The notes beneath the pieces were generated by a model. That model did not search any database and was not told where the DNA came from. It worked only from the letters and a program-made list of their open reading frames with translations. From contig MNCI01001687.1 of NCBI GenBank assembly GCA_015680685.1, positions 160,255 to 224,254 of the forward strand: DNA of 64,000 bases, in the 5' to 3' direction. The first letter of the stretch is position 1. Each line of letters begins with the position of its first letter. The DNA comes from Gnetum montanum. Taxonomy: Eukaryota > Plantae > Gnetophyta. The translations under genes were made by a program, and so were the position numbers. This document shows, piece after piece, positions 51,160 to 64,000 of this stretch.

Positions 51160-52799
51160 TGTAGTGATCGAAAACATTGGTGGCTGGAAAACACCGAGGG
51201 GTCGATGGGCGTGACAGTTTCAACCCCATATTCGTGTGAGGGTCGTGCTGGGTGTGAGTGGATATGGGGTGGCCTAAATGGTTTGGTCGATCAGACAGGA
51301 ACTTAATTGGCATCTATATAGCCTTTTTCAACATATAGTTTTAAGAACGGGAACGAAAATGCGAAGTAATGCTTAAAAGTAAATAATGTTGAAAAATAGT
51401 ATAAAATGAAATAATAAGTAGGAAACAAAGTAAAATGCAGTTAGAGAAATGCACCATTACAAAGCTACAAGTATGCTTTGTCAAGGAGGATACAATTGGT
51501 TGCACAGCATGGTAGAGTGTAGAGATCCCAAGAGTAACTAGGACATGTAGAGAAAAATAGGTTGTGTGCTTGGGTACAGACTTAGGTGTTGACAATGTGA
51601 GTATTCTACCAAGGTGGTAGAAAGGGGATGAAACAAAATGCCAGCTGAAAATGCTAACTGTTTGCAGTGTCAAATAGAAAGCTTATAATGCTTGAGTGCC
51701 AGGAAGAGAACTTGTGTGCTAGAGTGAGGAAAAGTTGAAGAATTTGGAAAATCTTCAAAACTTTCAATGCTACTTTTTTGGGAAAAATTTGATCCTTTTG
51801 AATGCTACTTATCGGGGTATTTATAGAATCAAGGGCATGCAAAAGGAGCAGTTTAGATGCCACGTGCCTTGGACCTACGTTGACTTACTTGTGCTGCACG
51901 TGCCATGCATGACCGTTGGACTTACATGACTGCTATAATGTGAACTTTTCATGCCATAACTATGAGTCTTCCATGCCATAATTGCACCGTCAATGTCTAG
52001 ATATGTGTGCTAATGATCCAATTATGTGAACTGCATTGATATCGCACAACCACCCACATGCCTTGCTGTGCTTTACATTGTAGCATGCTTGGCATAGTGT
52101 AGCACCTTGTTGTGCATTCTGCTACATGTATGTTACATTCTTGCTATGCTACGCTACGCTACGTAGCATAGCGTAGTGTAGTGATCAGCCTTAGTCACAA
52201 AAAAATTTCTGATTTGTAGCTTTGCTTCCTGTCCTACAAGACTTGCAAACTTGCGAATTATACCATTTGAACTACCTTCTGTCTCTTCTGCAGTATTGTT
52301 ACACCTCACTATGTCATGTAGCTCGATGTAGCATAGCAGCAAACATGGTCCGTCGCTTGTTGATGGAAGGGACATTGTTGAAGGACTTACAGTTAAGCGA
52401 GGGAACTGGTCATATAGTTGTTGCCATGCTACGCTACGCTACATAGCATAGCATGGCACTTCATTTTGTAATCATTTGCTAAAGCTTGCTATGCTACATA
52501 GAGGGGCATAGCGTAGTGTAGCAGACTTCATGACTTAGAAAAATTGCTAAACTATTTCATGCATCCTAAGTGCTGCTATGAACTTTGCGTACCATTTCTA
52601 AGTAGGTTGTAGACCAGAAAAACTACTTAGGTGGATAGGCGGGATGATCCGTAGAGTCTGTTTACACTTAAAGTAGAAAATTTGTTGAAATAGCTAGCCT
52701 GAATTCAGAGTGTTCTCCTCCAAAAGAACTATTTTAGTGCTACATGAATTGCAAGACCTGGTGAAGCAAGAATGACTTCAAATTTTCTGGGGTTTTTCA
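51160..52799 (-). repeat. E2 5' LTR (same family as the E5 LTR, inverted)
   Basis: Reverse-complement homology to 59210-60920 at both termini; contains (CTACG)n/(CGTAG)n motifs. Confidence 0.87.
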
Positions 52800-53700
52800 A
52801 CACATTTTCTTGCATGACACAGGACCCCTACAATTTCTAAGATAATTGGAATCGACCTTAGCCCCATCGTGCACAACACAACTAGGAAGTGTTAGCATCA
52901 TGTCTAAGTGCAATGCACATTCAAACATAGCAATACCTAGCGGTCCATGCATATAGCGGAGCATAACCCTCTTCCGGCACATAGCGTAGCAAGAAGATGA
53001 AAGTGCTAGTGCAGTGAAAATAGCCTAGCGTAGCAACAGAGAAATTAACCCTAACAGGGTGATTAACAATACGCCTCGACAAAACACGTGCCGCACCATC
53101 ACATTACACATGGCCGAACCCTCCTAAGGGTCCTATGTCATGCCATTCGAAAGCCAAGTAACTTAAACTATCCAAACCCCCACAGTTATGACAACCGCAG
53201 TGGTGGAGGTTTAAGCGACCTTGCATGCAACGATGGCATAGAGTTTATTCATTCACTGCTGCCGAAACCACAATAGCAGCAATGCAAAGGCCAAAACAAT
53301 GTGATGATAGAAAACATAATTGACTAAGGCTAGGATAAAAAATGAAAGCAGAGAATAATAGAAGGAAAAAAAATGATAACAGAATCATGAAAAGGCCAAA
53401 AGAGCATAGTAGCCTACAAGGTCAACGGCGTGTCTGCCCACGCTGTGATGCATGCTTGTGTCACGCACCCTAGGTTTTCTTCACCTCCTCAACCTTTGCA
53501 AGTGCCAAATTTGTGCATTCCTTCTTTGGAGCCATCATTATGCTTGCAGACTTTTCCTCATCGCAATACAAAAAAAAATTTCCTTACTTGCTATTAACAC
53601 GATTGCTTTGCGCTCCAAAATGGCTCTGTGCTTTGAATATGGGCTCTGCGGTCTTATGGTGAGAATGACAAGCTTACTAGGGTTTAACCCTATTTATGGT
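52800..53700 (-). pseudogene. E5 antisense gene: promoter, exon 1 and part of intron 1
   Basis: CATAAATA at 53691-53698; ATG at 53535 MAPKKECTNLALAKVEEVKK, matching E2 MAPKTHLVLTKVEKVRR. Confidence 0.75.
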
Positions 53701-54361
53701 CATAATGATGAAAGAGGAAAAACTTGTCGCTCTCTCTCTCCATTTAATGTGGAGTGCGCTATATAGCATAGCATGCTCGCCACTACATTGTAGCACTTTT
53801 GGCAGTAAAACCTTGACACACTCCAAGCTAACTGCTTGCTTTCCTGAGAAACAAAAAAATATATATTTTCAATTTTACCGATCTGAAAAGACCTAAACTA
53901 GCAACCCCAGCATAGTTTTAATGTTTGCAGTCTGAAAACACCTTAAACTAGCATTTTTAGTGTAGCGTTCCACTCTCGTTACCAGTCTGAAAAGACCTTA
54001 AACTAGCAATCGTAGTGTAGTTGTGCTTTCAACGGTCTAAAAAGACCCTTAGCAGCTTCGATCTCTTACACATTTGCAGTCTGCAATGATTCTAAACTAG
54101 CAATCTCACATTTTTGCATTGGCAATTTTACATTTTTGTTTTAGCGGTTTCACATTTTCACATTGATAGTTTTATGTTTCCTATTTTAGCAGCTCTACAT
54201 CTCCATGCTATAGTGGTCTACCATTACTTTACACCAGGAAAAATTTCAATCTTTACACTATACTTCGCTAGTTACATCTCATCATTACATTGCAAGTTTT
54301 TGTTATACATAATTACTACCAATAGGTGTCTCTTAACCAAGCTATCATCTCATTTTGATAG

Positions 54362-57300
54362 ATTAAGCAAAAACTGGAAATCCATCATGATCTCTCCATG
54401 CCCTTAGCTTTATCATGTCCACATGGCAAGCTCCCAAGACAATTGAACCCCGACCTAATCAATTCGGGGTCAGCTATATCTAGCACGATAGCATCTTTAG
54501 AAACATCCCTGGACTAGCCCAAACATCTAGTCCAAGCTCTAGATTTGAAGGTCAGGGATGTGATTGAGGATCCTCTCGTTGAGATGCCTATGATCATGTC
54601 CAAGGGGGAAGTAGAAACATTGAAACTTAGCTCCCTCCTAGATACAAATGCATGAAAATGTATCCAAGATTCTACAAGACAACATCAAAGTCTTCAGATG
54701 GTCATACAATGATATGCCAGGTTTAGATCCAAGGTTGATATAGCATAACATCATCCTAGACCTGCGCATGAAGGCATTCAAGCAAAAAGCTCACAAATTT
54801 AAACTAGAAATAGCACTAGCTGTGAGAGATGAAATCACCAAGCTATACCAAGTTGGTTTCATCCACACAGTTGATCACTCAGAATGGGTGTCCAACATTG
54901 TCATGGTTTCCAAGAAAATGGAAGGAATACAAATTTGCATAGACTTATGGGATCTGAAGAAAGCGACGATCAAGGATAATTTCCCACTTCCAAGCATCGA
55001 TAAACTCATCGACACTACGGCCAGCCATGCCCTGCTATCCTTCATGGATGGCTTCTCCAAATTTGCATCAACCTAAAGCATCGGCTAACAACAACCTCCA
55101 TGACCCCATGGGGGACCTTTTGTTACACCATGATGCCTTTTGGGCTTAAGAATGCTAGAGCAACCTATCAACAAGCCATGACTTACATCTTCAGCGATTA
55201 CATCCTAGAAACTTTAAACGACTATGTGGATAATATAGCTGTCAAGTCGAAGGAGGCAGTTGATCACCCATGCAATCTAGGAGTTGTCCTCAAGTGTTGT
55301 TAAATGCATAATATATGTCTTAATCCTAAGAAGTATGTCTTTGGGGTAAGAACCAGATGAATGTTAGGGTTTGTGGTATCGAAGGCTAGAATATGGATGG
55401 ACCCTGACAAAGTCAAGGCCATCGTCAATCTGGCACCTCCTACAAACCTTAAGGAGTTACGTGGCTTGCAAGGTAGGGTACAATTCATTGAAAGTTTTAT
55501 AGTGAAGTTGACTGACAAGTTACAACCCATGCAACATATTCTAAAGAAAGGGGTTAACTTCGAGTGGACAACCCAATGTCAACAAGCCTTCAATGACTTG
55601 AAGAGAGAGCTTTTGTACATCCCAACTGTGGATCCACCACAAAGGGACAAGCCTTTCTTCATCTACCTTTCCATCTCTGACACATCTATCACAGCACTAC
55701 TATGTCAGGAATGAGACGACAGATTTGAGATACTAGTATATTATCTAAGTCATGCATTAATAGCACACGACGCAAAATACAACGAAGTGGAGAGAAATTT
55801 CCTTACCTTAGTATTTACATTAAAAAAGTGAAGGAACTACATATTTTTTAGTATAATTAACATCATTTACAAAAGCAACATACCCCAAGATATCACTAAC
55901 AACCTGTATGAAAGTAGCAGGATAGCCTGATGGAAAGCAATAACCATGAAGTTCGACCTATGCTATGTAAGCCAGTCATCGACTAAGGGTCAAGCCATAG
56001 CAATGCAACTTATGGCCTCACCCATCGACAACCATGCAACCATAGATCCCAAATTCCTAGACGAGCATGTTGGCACTATCAACATTGTCCCATCGCACCT
56101 AGAAGCTACTTTACACTTCGACTGTGCCTCAACCACGTGAGGAGGTAGTGCGGTTGTCATCATTACCTTTTCGTCTAGGGAAATGAACTCGTTTGCTTAT
56201 TATTTTGCATTCCCCTACACCAACAATGTGGAAAAGTATGAGAGGCCACTCAAAGGCCTCTTAGTTTCCTAAACACTATGTACACAACACCTGGCAATTT
56301 GCAGGGATTCACAACTAGTTGTGAATCAAATCATTGAGGTTTATGCCTGCAAAGCTATACACCTGCAACCTTACTGCAACCTAGAAAATAGCATGCTTAA
56401 GCAATTTGCAACCATAGATGTGCAACACATGCCATGTAATGAAAACACCATGGTAGATTCCTTAGCCACCCTTGCACTAAACATTCCACCCCACTCGTTT
56501 GCAAGTCTGCCGATTTCGATTGTTGAATGTACTAAGCCTATCACTCAGGCGAGACATGTGGCCTCTATTAGTGCTTTGGACATCCAAGAGTGGTATGCTA
56601 ATATTAAAGCCTACCTACAACATGGTGAACCCCCAAGTGGACTGACATATGCTAAGAGAGATGAGATCTGTAAGCACACCTAATAATATACGCTCATGGA
56701 AAATGATGCCCTATGCCGATGCTTCTATGATATGTTATTTTTGGCATGCATGGGTGGAGAGAAGGTGCATATGGTAGTTAATGAAGTACATGAGGAACTG
56801 TGTGGTGGATACATAGCACCTAGGGCTGTGGTTGCAAAAATTAGATGCCTAGGGTACTATTGGCACCACATGGAGCGTGACTGCCTGTCGAAAGTGAAGA
56901 CGTGCAACATGTGCCAAAGATACGTAAATCTCATACACATCTTACCTACAAACCTACACCCAAGCCATCCCCCTAAGGAAGATGACATCTCAACAAATCT
57001 ACCACTTTGTCCTGGATAACATCGTGACAAGGTTTCAGCTTCCAATGACTATTGTAATCGACAATGGGCCACAATTCAATAATACAGAAACCTGAACCTT
57101 CTGCAGTAATCTAAGCATCAAGTAATCATTCTCCTTCTCATATTACCTATAGGTGAATGGACAGGCGAAGGCTACAAATAAGTCCATCATCAACTTGCTG
57201 AAGTGGATGCTTAGCAAAAGAAAGAGGCGGTGGCACGAGCAAATTCTCTACATTCTATGGGCCTAGAGAACGACATGCAGAACCACAACAAGTAAGACTC

Positions 57301-57711
57301 AATACAGTCTTGTTTATGGATCTAAAGTTATATTTCCTCTTTAGTTTGTAGGTACCATTACTCCAAATGATCCTTTCAGATGTTGTGAGCGAAGCCTAGA
57401 ACAATGAGTCATGTATCATCGATCTTGACTCAATAGAGGAGGAGCGCACGTAGATGCTAAGCTGCATAGAGCACTACCAGAGCAAGAAACAGTAATAGAA
57501 CCATGAAAACCCACATCAACGGCCATTATAGAAGGGGGACCTCATCCTCAAAGCTATCCATGAGCATGCAAGAAAATTCTCATCCAACTAGGAAGGCCCT
57601 TACATGGTAGCTAAAGCCTTTGGGAATGGAGGCTTCAAGCTTGCAGACATGGATGGAAATGAGTTCGCCAACCCAGTGAATCACTCGTATCTCAAACCAT
57701 ACTACATTTGA
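54362..57711 (+). pseudogene. pol: E5 pol (RT-RH-aRH-INT), degraded, with a deletion near 56970 removing the first integrase catalytic region
   Basis: LNDYVDNI, LHFDCAST, HEELCGGY...KTCNMC, EGPY...PYYI*. Confidence 0.93.
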
Positions 57712-57714
57712 AGC

Positions 57715-58135
57715 ATGAAGGTGGCAAGAATCATCTGCTATGATGATAAACTGGTAGCAACAAGCAATGTCTGCTATGATGTAAAACTGGCACGGCGCAT
57801 CTGCTACAACGATAAACTAGCAGCAACAAGCAACGTCTGCTACGACATAAAATTGGCATGGTGTGTCCACTATGACATTAAAATGGTGATGACAAGTAGT
57901 GTCCGCTATGATGATAAACTGGCGACAACAATTAGCATCTGCTATGACATTAAACTAGTGGCGACCATTTGCTACAACATAAAATTGGCACAACTAGTTC
58001 GCTATGACTATAAACTAGCACGGCACGTCAGCTATGACTTTAAACTAGCATGTACAGTCTGTTGGGACCTTAAACCAACATAGTAATCTTCTAGGACCCT
58101 AAACTAGCACATGGTCTATGAAGACCTTAAACTGG
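57715..58135 (+). repeat. Degenerate ~30-39-bp tandem array after integrase (hairpin-motif array)
   Basis: About 12 units of GTC-TGCTA(C/T)-GA(C/T)-nnTAAACT(A/G)GC with variable spacers. Confidence 0.88.
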
Positions 58136-59196
58136 GTTCACGTCATGTCCCTAGCATGCATCTACACCAAGTACACATTGAACGAGTGTGCATAGTGTTG
58201 ATGTGGGGGTGGGATGCTACAGCTCCAAAACATAGTTCACGATGCAGTGGGAACACGATCTGGGATGTACATGACACCACCACCCTTGGCATCATGTTGA
58301 CCCTCTAGAGATGTCGTATGACATTGCACTGGTCCTCTGAAACTATTGTCTTCATGGCCCACTACCCTGATGGTAGTTCGTTGGCTAGTGCCTGCCGCTA
58401 GAGTTCCAGTAGTATTGTGGCCCAGCCATAATATTTTCGTCCTCCAACTCCCTGCTGATGCCTAGGCTCACATGAAGTTTAGCTATGTGGTAGTTGATCT
58501 GATAGTTGAATTGAGAATGTGTGCCTTTGGTGTGGATTCTAGAGCATTTGCACTCGCAACAACTCTTGGCACCTTCAATGCCAGCCCCTCCATGCCGGTG
58601 TTGCCAAGGTCGCTGCTGGCCTTCCTACCTTGGATACCATGCACCAGCACAGATGTTGAAGAGCTTCAACAATATCTACAGTAAGTAATACCTTTGCCCT
58701 TGCTTTGCATCATGGCTGCTTCACTCTTCATCGTGCTTACAGGATGTAGCAGAGAGTACATCTTGCCACAGCAGCCAATGCTACGGTGTGGCAAAGTGAG
58801 TGTCTTGACTAGCTTTGCCACTTTAGAGTGCAAATTCCATGACATGTGTAAGACATCTTGCCACATGGGAAGCATCTATAGGTAGGTCAAAATCCCACAC
58901 GGATGTAACACAACTCATCCTAGGAAAGAAACACATGTCCTGCAAAAGGTCAAAGATCAGTGAAGGTAAAGATGAAAACACGAAAAACTCCCTCATGAGC
59001 ACTCTCATGATGGATTCTTCTAAACCTCATCTTTACCCTTTTTCTGAACCTCCTTCCTCCCTACTTCACCCTTTCACTCTCAAGCATAGCTAAGCGACAT
59101 CTTGACGATCACCGAGTGACAACTTTAGCATCGCATCTTCCGTGGTATTTTGTATTCTTTGTCAATGTCTCTTGAGCCCATCCTCCAAACATTGAT

Positions 59197-59209
59197 AAAT
59201 AGGGGCCAA
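59197..59209 (+). promoter_or_regulatory. E5 polypurine tract
   Basis: AAATAGGGGCCAA before TGAAACACC. Confidence 0.8.
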
Positions 59210-60920
59210 TGAAACACCCCAAAATTCAAAGACATGCTTGCTTCACTAGGTCTTTGCAATTCGTGCAGTGTTACGGTAGTTCTTTAGGAGATGGATGCTC
59301 TGAAGTTCAAACTGTCTAGTTCAAAAAAATTTCTACCCTAGGTTTCTACAGGCTAAATGGATTCTCTAGCCTACCCACCTGAGTAGTTCATCTAGTTGAT
59401 AGTGCACTTAGGAGTGGTGCGTTGAACTGCTGGTAGTGCTTAGAATTGCCAAAATACTTTAGCAGGTTTTCTAAGTCAAGGAGTTTTGCTACGCTACACT
59501 ATGCTATGTAGCGTAGCAAACTTTAGAAGATGGTTGTAGGAGCACAGTGCTACGCTATGCTATGCCACGTAGCGTACCATAGTGTAGAAAAATCTCAATG
59601 GTCAATCCTCTTGCCCAACTTCAAGTCCTTCAGCAATGTCTCCTTCCGTCAGAAAGTGGCAAACTTGGCAAAAATAGGTCTTGTTTGCTACTATGCTATG
59701 CTAAGCTACATGGCACAGTGAGGCGTAGCAATTTAGTGAAAGTGATAGAAGGCATCTCAAAGAGCGAAATCAGCAAGTTTGCAAGCTTCATAGTGCAAAA
59801 GGAAAATTTTGTAGATTGACGATGTTTTGCGACTAAGGATAGCTACTACGCTATGATATGCTATGTAGCGTAACATAGCATAGGAAATATGCAACTAGTA
59901 CTCACAACACTGTAAATGTTTCCAATGCATGTAGTGGGATACAATGCATATTTTTTCTTCAAACTGTTAGTTCTGGTACACTACGCTGCATAGCATAGCA
60001 CAGCATGACAAGATGTCATGCCATGCCAAACATGCTATGCTACAAAGCATAGAAAAGTGGAAAGTGGTTATGTGACATCAATGCACCTCACCTAATTGCA
60101 ACATTTCTCTAACAACACAATTACAATGCGGTAGGTTTGTAATTATAGCATGGCAGGCTCGCCCAATGGTCATGAAGGCATCTGCAGCATAGACAAGTCA
60201 GCATAATCCTAGGGCATGTGGCATCCAAATTGTATCTTTCGCATGCCCTTGGTCCTATAAATATCCTAATGAGAAAAGCTTGAAAGGTCAGCTCTTTTGG
60301 CAGAAAAAAAGGATCTTGGTTCTTTGAGAAATCTAGTTGGCTAACAATTTTATTACCGTTTAGAATGTCAAAAAGAAAGCATTGTAATCTTGAGCATTGT
60401 AAACTTTCTTTTTGACATTCTAAATAGTTAGCACTCTTAGCTAGCATTTTGTTTTTCTCTTTTCTACCATCTTGATAGCATTTCGCATTGTTAATGATTG
60501 AGCCCGTGTCCAAGCACATAGGCGTCTTGCTCTAAATTTCGTGGTTACCCTCGGGATCTCTGCACTTCCCAGCGCTGTGCAACTAATTGTATCCATCTTG
60601 ATAGAGCGAATTCATAGCTTTGAAGTGGTGCATTTTTCTAACTACATTTTACTTTGTCTCCTACTTATTATTGCATTTTACATTGTTTTCTACCTCTTTT
60701 ACATCTAAGCATTACTTCGCGCTATCAGTTTCATTTTCAAATCACACATTGCAAAAAGTTATATTAACATTGACTAAGTCCCTGTATGATTGACCAGACT
60801 GTTCAGGGCGCCCCATTTCCATTCCACTCAACACGGCCCTCCTACAGAAATGGGGTTAAGACTATCAACGGTTGACGACCTCTCAGCGTTTTCCAGCCGT
60901 CGACGTTTTTGGTCACTATA
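59210..60920 (+). repeat. E5 3' LTR
   Basis: TGAAACACCCC...GGTCACTATA; TATAAATA near 60255; homologous to 51160-52799. Confidence 0.88.
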
Positions 60921-63369
60921 GACATGTCAATCTTGATAAGGTTAAGGCCATATCCAAACTAGTAGTGCCTATGAACCTTAAGGAGCTTTGGGCATTACAA
61001 GGTAGATTATAGTTTATTCATAGGTTTATCACTAGGCTTTCAAATAAATTATAGCCCATGCAAAACTTACTTAAGGTAGGGGTTTACTATGTGTGGATGG
61101 CTCAATGCTAAGAGGCCTCTGCAATTATGAAGCAAAAGTTGGTGCAATTATCAACAATTTATCCTTAGTAGGAGAGTAAACCATTTTACATCTACCTTGC
61201 CATCTCCAACACATATATTACTTCTCTACTTTGTCAAAAATGTGATGATGGAGTAGAAATGCATGTATACTATCATAGTCATGCATTAGTTTCCCATGAG
61301 ATCTAATACATCAAAGTGAAGAAGTATTCTCTAGCACTAGTCTTCTCATTAAAGTAGTGGAGAAACTACCTCTTTAGAAGCCACGTTAATGTCATTTGTA
61401 GAGATAATGTGCTCAAATTCATAATTTCGAACATTTACAAAAGTAGTTGCATAGCTCAATGAAAAGCCATAACCATAGAGTTTGACTTTCATTACATCTT
61501 CCAATCCTGAACAAAAGTTCAAGTTATAGCTATACAAGTTATAATTTTTCATGTTGATGACCAAGTAGCCATAGACCTTGAGTTCCCTAATGAGCACATT
61601 AACATCATTAGCGAAGTTCCCAAGGGCTATGAGGCAATCATGCACTTTTACGAAGCTTCAACTACTCATGGGACCAATGCCACTATCAGCATAATGTTTC
61701 CATCTGGTGAAATCCAACCCTTCACCTATTGTTTTGAGTTCTCATGTATCAACAACATAGCAGAGTACAAGGGTTTTATCATAGGGATGAAGGTAGCTTG
61801 TGACCTGGGAATTAGACACTTAATTATAAAATAAAATTCATAACTTGTGGTCAACCAAGTGACTAAGGTCTATGTGTGTAAAACCAAACACTTATAACCA
61901 TATTGTGACCTAGGGAAACAATTTTTATAATAATTTATAGACATTAATATCCAATACATACCCAAAAACAAGAACACCATAGCTAATGCAATTGCAACAT
62001 TAGCTCTTAATGTGATGCTAGATGTATTTAGTAAGTTGTCTATCTTAACTGTCGACTATGCTACTTCCATCACATAGAACATTGAGGATACCTTTGTGGT
62101 CATTGTTCATACTGTACCTACCAAGGATTGGTATGATGATATTAAATTTTATCTTAGGCATGATGAATCCTCACAAGACCTGACTACTACTCAAAAGGAT
62201 GTTGTATGCAAGTGATCAATCTAGTATGTCATCATAGGTGATAACACATTATGTCAATGATCCTATGATGGCATAATTCTAAGTGCTTAGGTAAAACTAA
62301 AGCTAAGATAGTCCTAGACGAAGTTCACAAGGGTGTTCCTGAAGGACATATAGGACCTTGAGCCATGGCCACTAAGATTAGATGGTTAGGCTATTACTAG
62401 CTCCATATGGAAGGTGACTATTTATAAAAGGTTAAGTAATGTGACATGTGCCAGCAACATAATAACCTTATATATATATCACTGACTGAGTTGCACACTA
62501 CTTAGATCACTTTATCATTTCAATGATGGGGGTTGGATATCATTGCATATATAATGCCTAAGTCTTTGGTGGGACATGGCTTCATCATCACCACAATTGA
62601 ATACTTTCTTGAGTAGGTTGTGGAAATTCCCATAAGGAAGACTGCATCTAAGTAGGTTTGTAAATTCATCCTAGATAATATTGTAGTCCATTTTGGCATA
62701 CCCATGATCATAGTTATGGATAATGAACTATAATTTAATAGCCACAAAACAAAATATTTCTATCACAACCTAGGCATTAAGCATTCTTTCTCATCACCTT
62801 ATTACAGTTAAGCCAATGAACAAGTAGAAGCAAGCAACAAGATCATCATCAACTTGCTCAAGAAGATGCTCAATAATAGAAAGCACAAATTCCATGAGTA
62901 TCTTGTCAATGCACTATGGGCATGTAAAAAATCCTATTGCATGGTAATTTGTGTAACCTCTTATAGCCTAGTTTATGATTGTAAATTTGTTTTACCTCTT
63001 GAATTGTAGGTGTCTTTACTCTCAGTAGCCTTGACTGACATCATCAATGATGAGTAGAATGAGGAGTTGTAGACAACAACCTTGGACTCTATGAAGGAGC
63101 AACATATGCAAGTGCTCATTCACATTGAATACTATCAATAGAAGCAAAAGTGGTAGCATCACTATATTTTTACTAGCCATAAGATCAAGGAAGGTGGCCT
63201 AGTTCTGAAACACATCCATGAGCATGCACATAAATTCTCAGCCAACTACGAAGGGTTCTTCCTTGTCACTAGAGCCTATGAGAATGGGGCATTCAGGATA
63301 GTCAACATGGATTGGAATGATTTAGTGAATCTCATCAATAATTCCTATCTAAAGCTATACTACATGTAG
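60921..63369 (+). pseudogene. pol: E6 pol fragment (RT connection, RH, aRH, INT) with many stops
   Basis: PFYIYLAIS, HFYEAST...NNIAEYKG, FQ*WGLDII, YEGFF...LKLYYM*. Confidence 0.9.
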
Positions 63370-64000
63370 CCAAAAATCATCAATAAGTGATCCTAATTTC
63401 AACTACTTTCCAAGGCCTGAAACTAGTTATATGACCTACTAAGACCTTAAAATAAGCACCACAATATCCTACAATCTTAAAATAGCAACATGGCCTACCA
63501 AGGCTTTAAATTGGTATCATGACCCACCATGGCCTTAAGCTAGCAACATTTGTGACCTGGGCCTATCTCTATTATAGAATTATAACATGTTTTCTTTGCT
63601 TGGTCTTTGTACATCAGTACACTTACAATGGTGTTTTGTATTCTTTGTTAGTGCCTCTTGGGTGAATCCTTCAGACACAAACAAAGAGGAGCCATTGAAA
63701 CACCACAAAAGCTTTCATGTTATGATCATGTTTTATCATGTAGCTTTCACCCCATGAAACTTGAGGTAAAACTTCATTGTAAATGTGAACATTGTAATCC
63801 ATGAGGGGAAATCTCACATATGTCATACTTTGGGACTAAAAAATTCTACATAAGTGGTAAAAGTCTCATTCCCCAATTGCAAGAAGTCATCTAGTGTCTA
63901 TATATTAGCTTAGGAGGGTTAAAAATGTCTTTTGGAAAGCCAAAAATGGAAATTTGATGGGTTTTATGGGGGGTAGGGCGGGGGCATATAGGGGGTAAAA
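60921..64000 (+). mobile_element. E6: oldest, heavily decayed Tat element fragment (host of E5); its 3' LTR begins at 63696
   Basis: Pol resumes mid-domain right after the E5 LTR (VNLDKVKAI); PPT AAAGAGGAGCCAT at 63683-63695, then TGAAACACCAC. Confidence 0.85.

Larger units (their letters stand above)
13412..52799 (-). mobile_element. E2: degenerate Tat-type element split by E1, E3(+E4) and a solo LTR
   Basis: Pieces are colinear once insertions are removed: 5' LTR 52799-51160, PBS, gag 50402-50030/48747-46416, gag-pro 20301-19176, antisense gene, RT 14292-13412. Confidence 0.88.
52800..60920 (+). mobile_element. E5: 3' half of a plus-strand Tat element (E2 family), cut by E2 in intron 1 of its antisense gene
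   Basis: 52800-53700 is reverse-complement homologous to E2 15060-15900, followed by pol, 3' repeats, PPT and 3' LTR. Confidence 0.88.

Noticed and set aside
57715-58083. 122-aa repeat protein (likewise 7231-7473, 2346-2591, 2619-3107)
   Set aside because: ORFs produced by tandem repeats that lack stops in one frame; not conserved as protein among copies.
51160-60920. Large inverted repeat or TIR element formed by 51160-52799 and 59210-60920
   Set aside because: These are LTRs of two same-family elements in opposite orientation, one next to a PBS and the other next to a PPT.

Overview
The whole 64 kb is a nest of plant Ty3/Gypsy LTR retrotransposons of the Tat (OTA/Tat) type; no host gene is visible. 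Shared hallmarks are pol order RT-RH-aRH(archaeal-type RNase H)-INT with no chromodomain, a tRNA-Asn PBS (TGGCGCTAGAAGGAGGGC), and LTRs starting TGAAACACC. Six elements and a solo LTR can be reconstructed from LTR ends, PBS/PPT and target-site duplications. E1 (1-13411, minus) is the youngest and nearly intact. E1, E3 (20307-46410, TSD CTTCC) and a solo LTR (48748-50030) sit inside E2 (13412-52799). E4 (24114-33299, TSD CTTGG, gag-protease only) sits inside E3. E2 sits inside plus-strand E5 (52800-60920), which sits inside E6 (60921-end). The unusual feature is that gag-pro and pol are separate ORFs about 5 kb apart, and the gap carries an antisense, TATA-driven, 8-exon gene of about 1040 aa. 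This gene has an FCP1/SCP(NIF)-phosphatase-like domain lacking its catalytic Asp residues, a plant-transposon-protein-like domain, an acidic linker and a coiled coil, with exon boundaries conserved between diverged copies. Arrays of a short covarying hairpin motif bracket every module, and family-specific CpG-rich palindromic motifs occur in the LTRs and in the antisense gene's introns. Domain calls are by motif recognition only; no database search was run.
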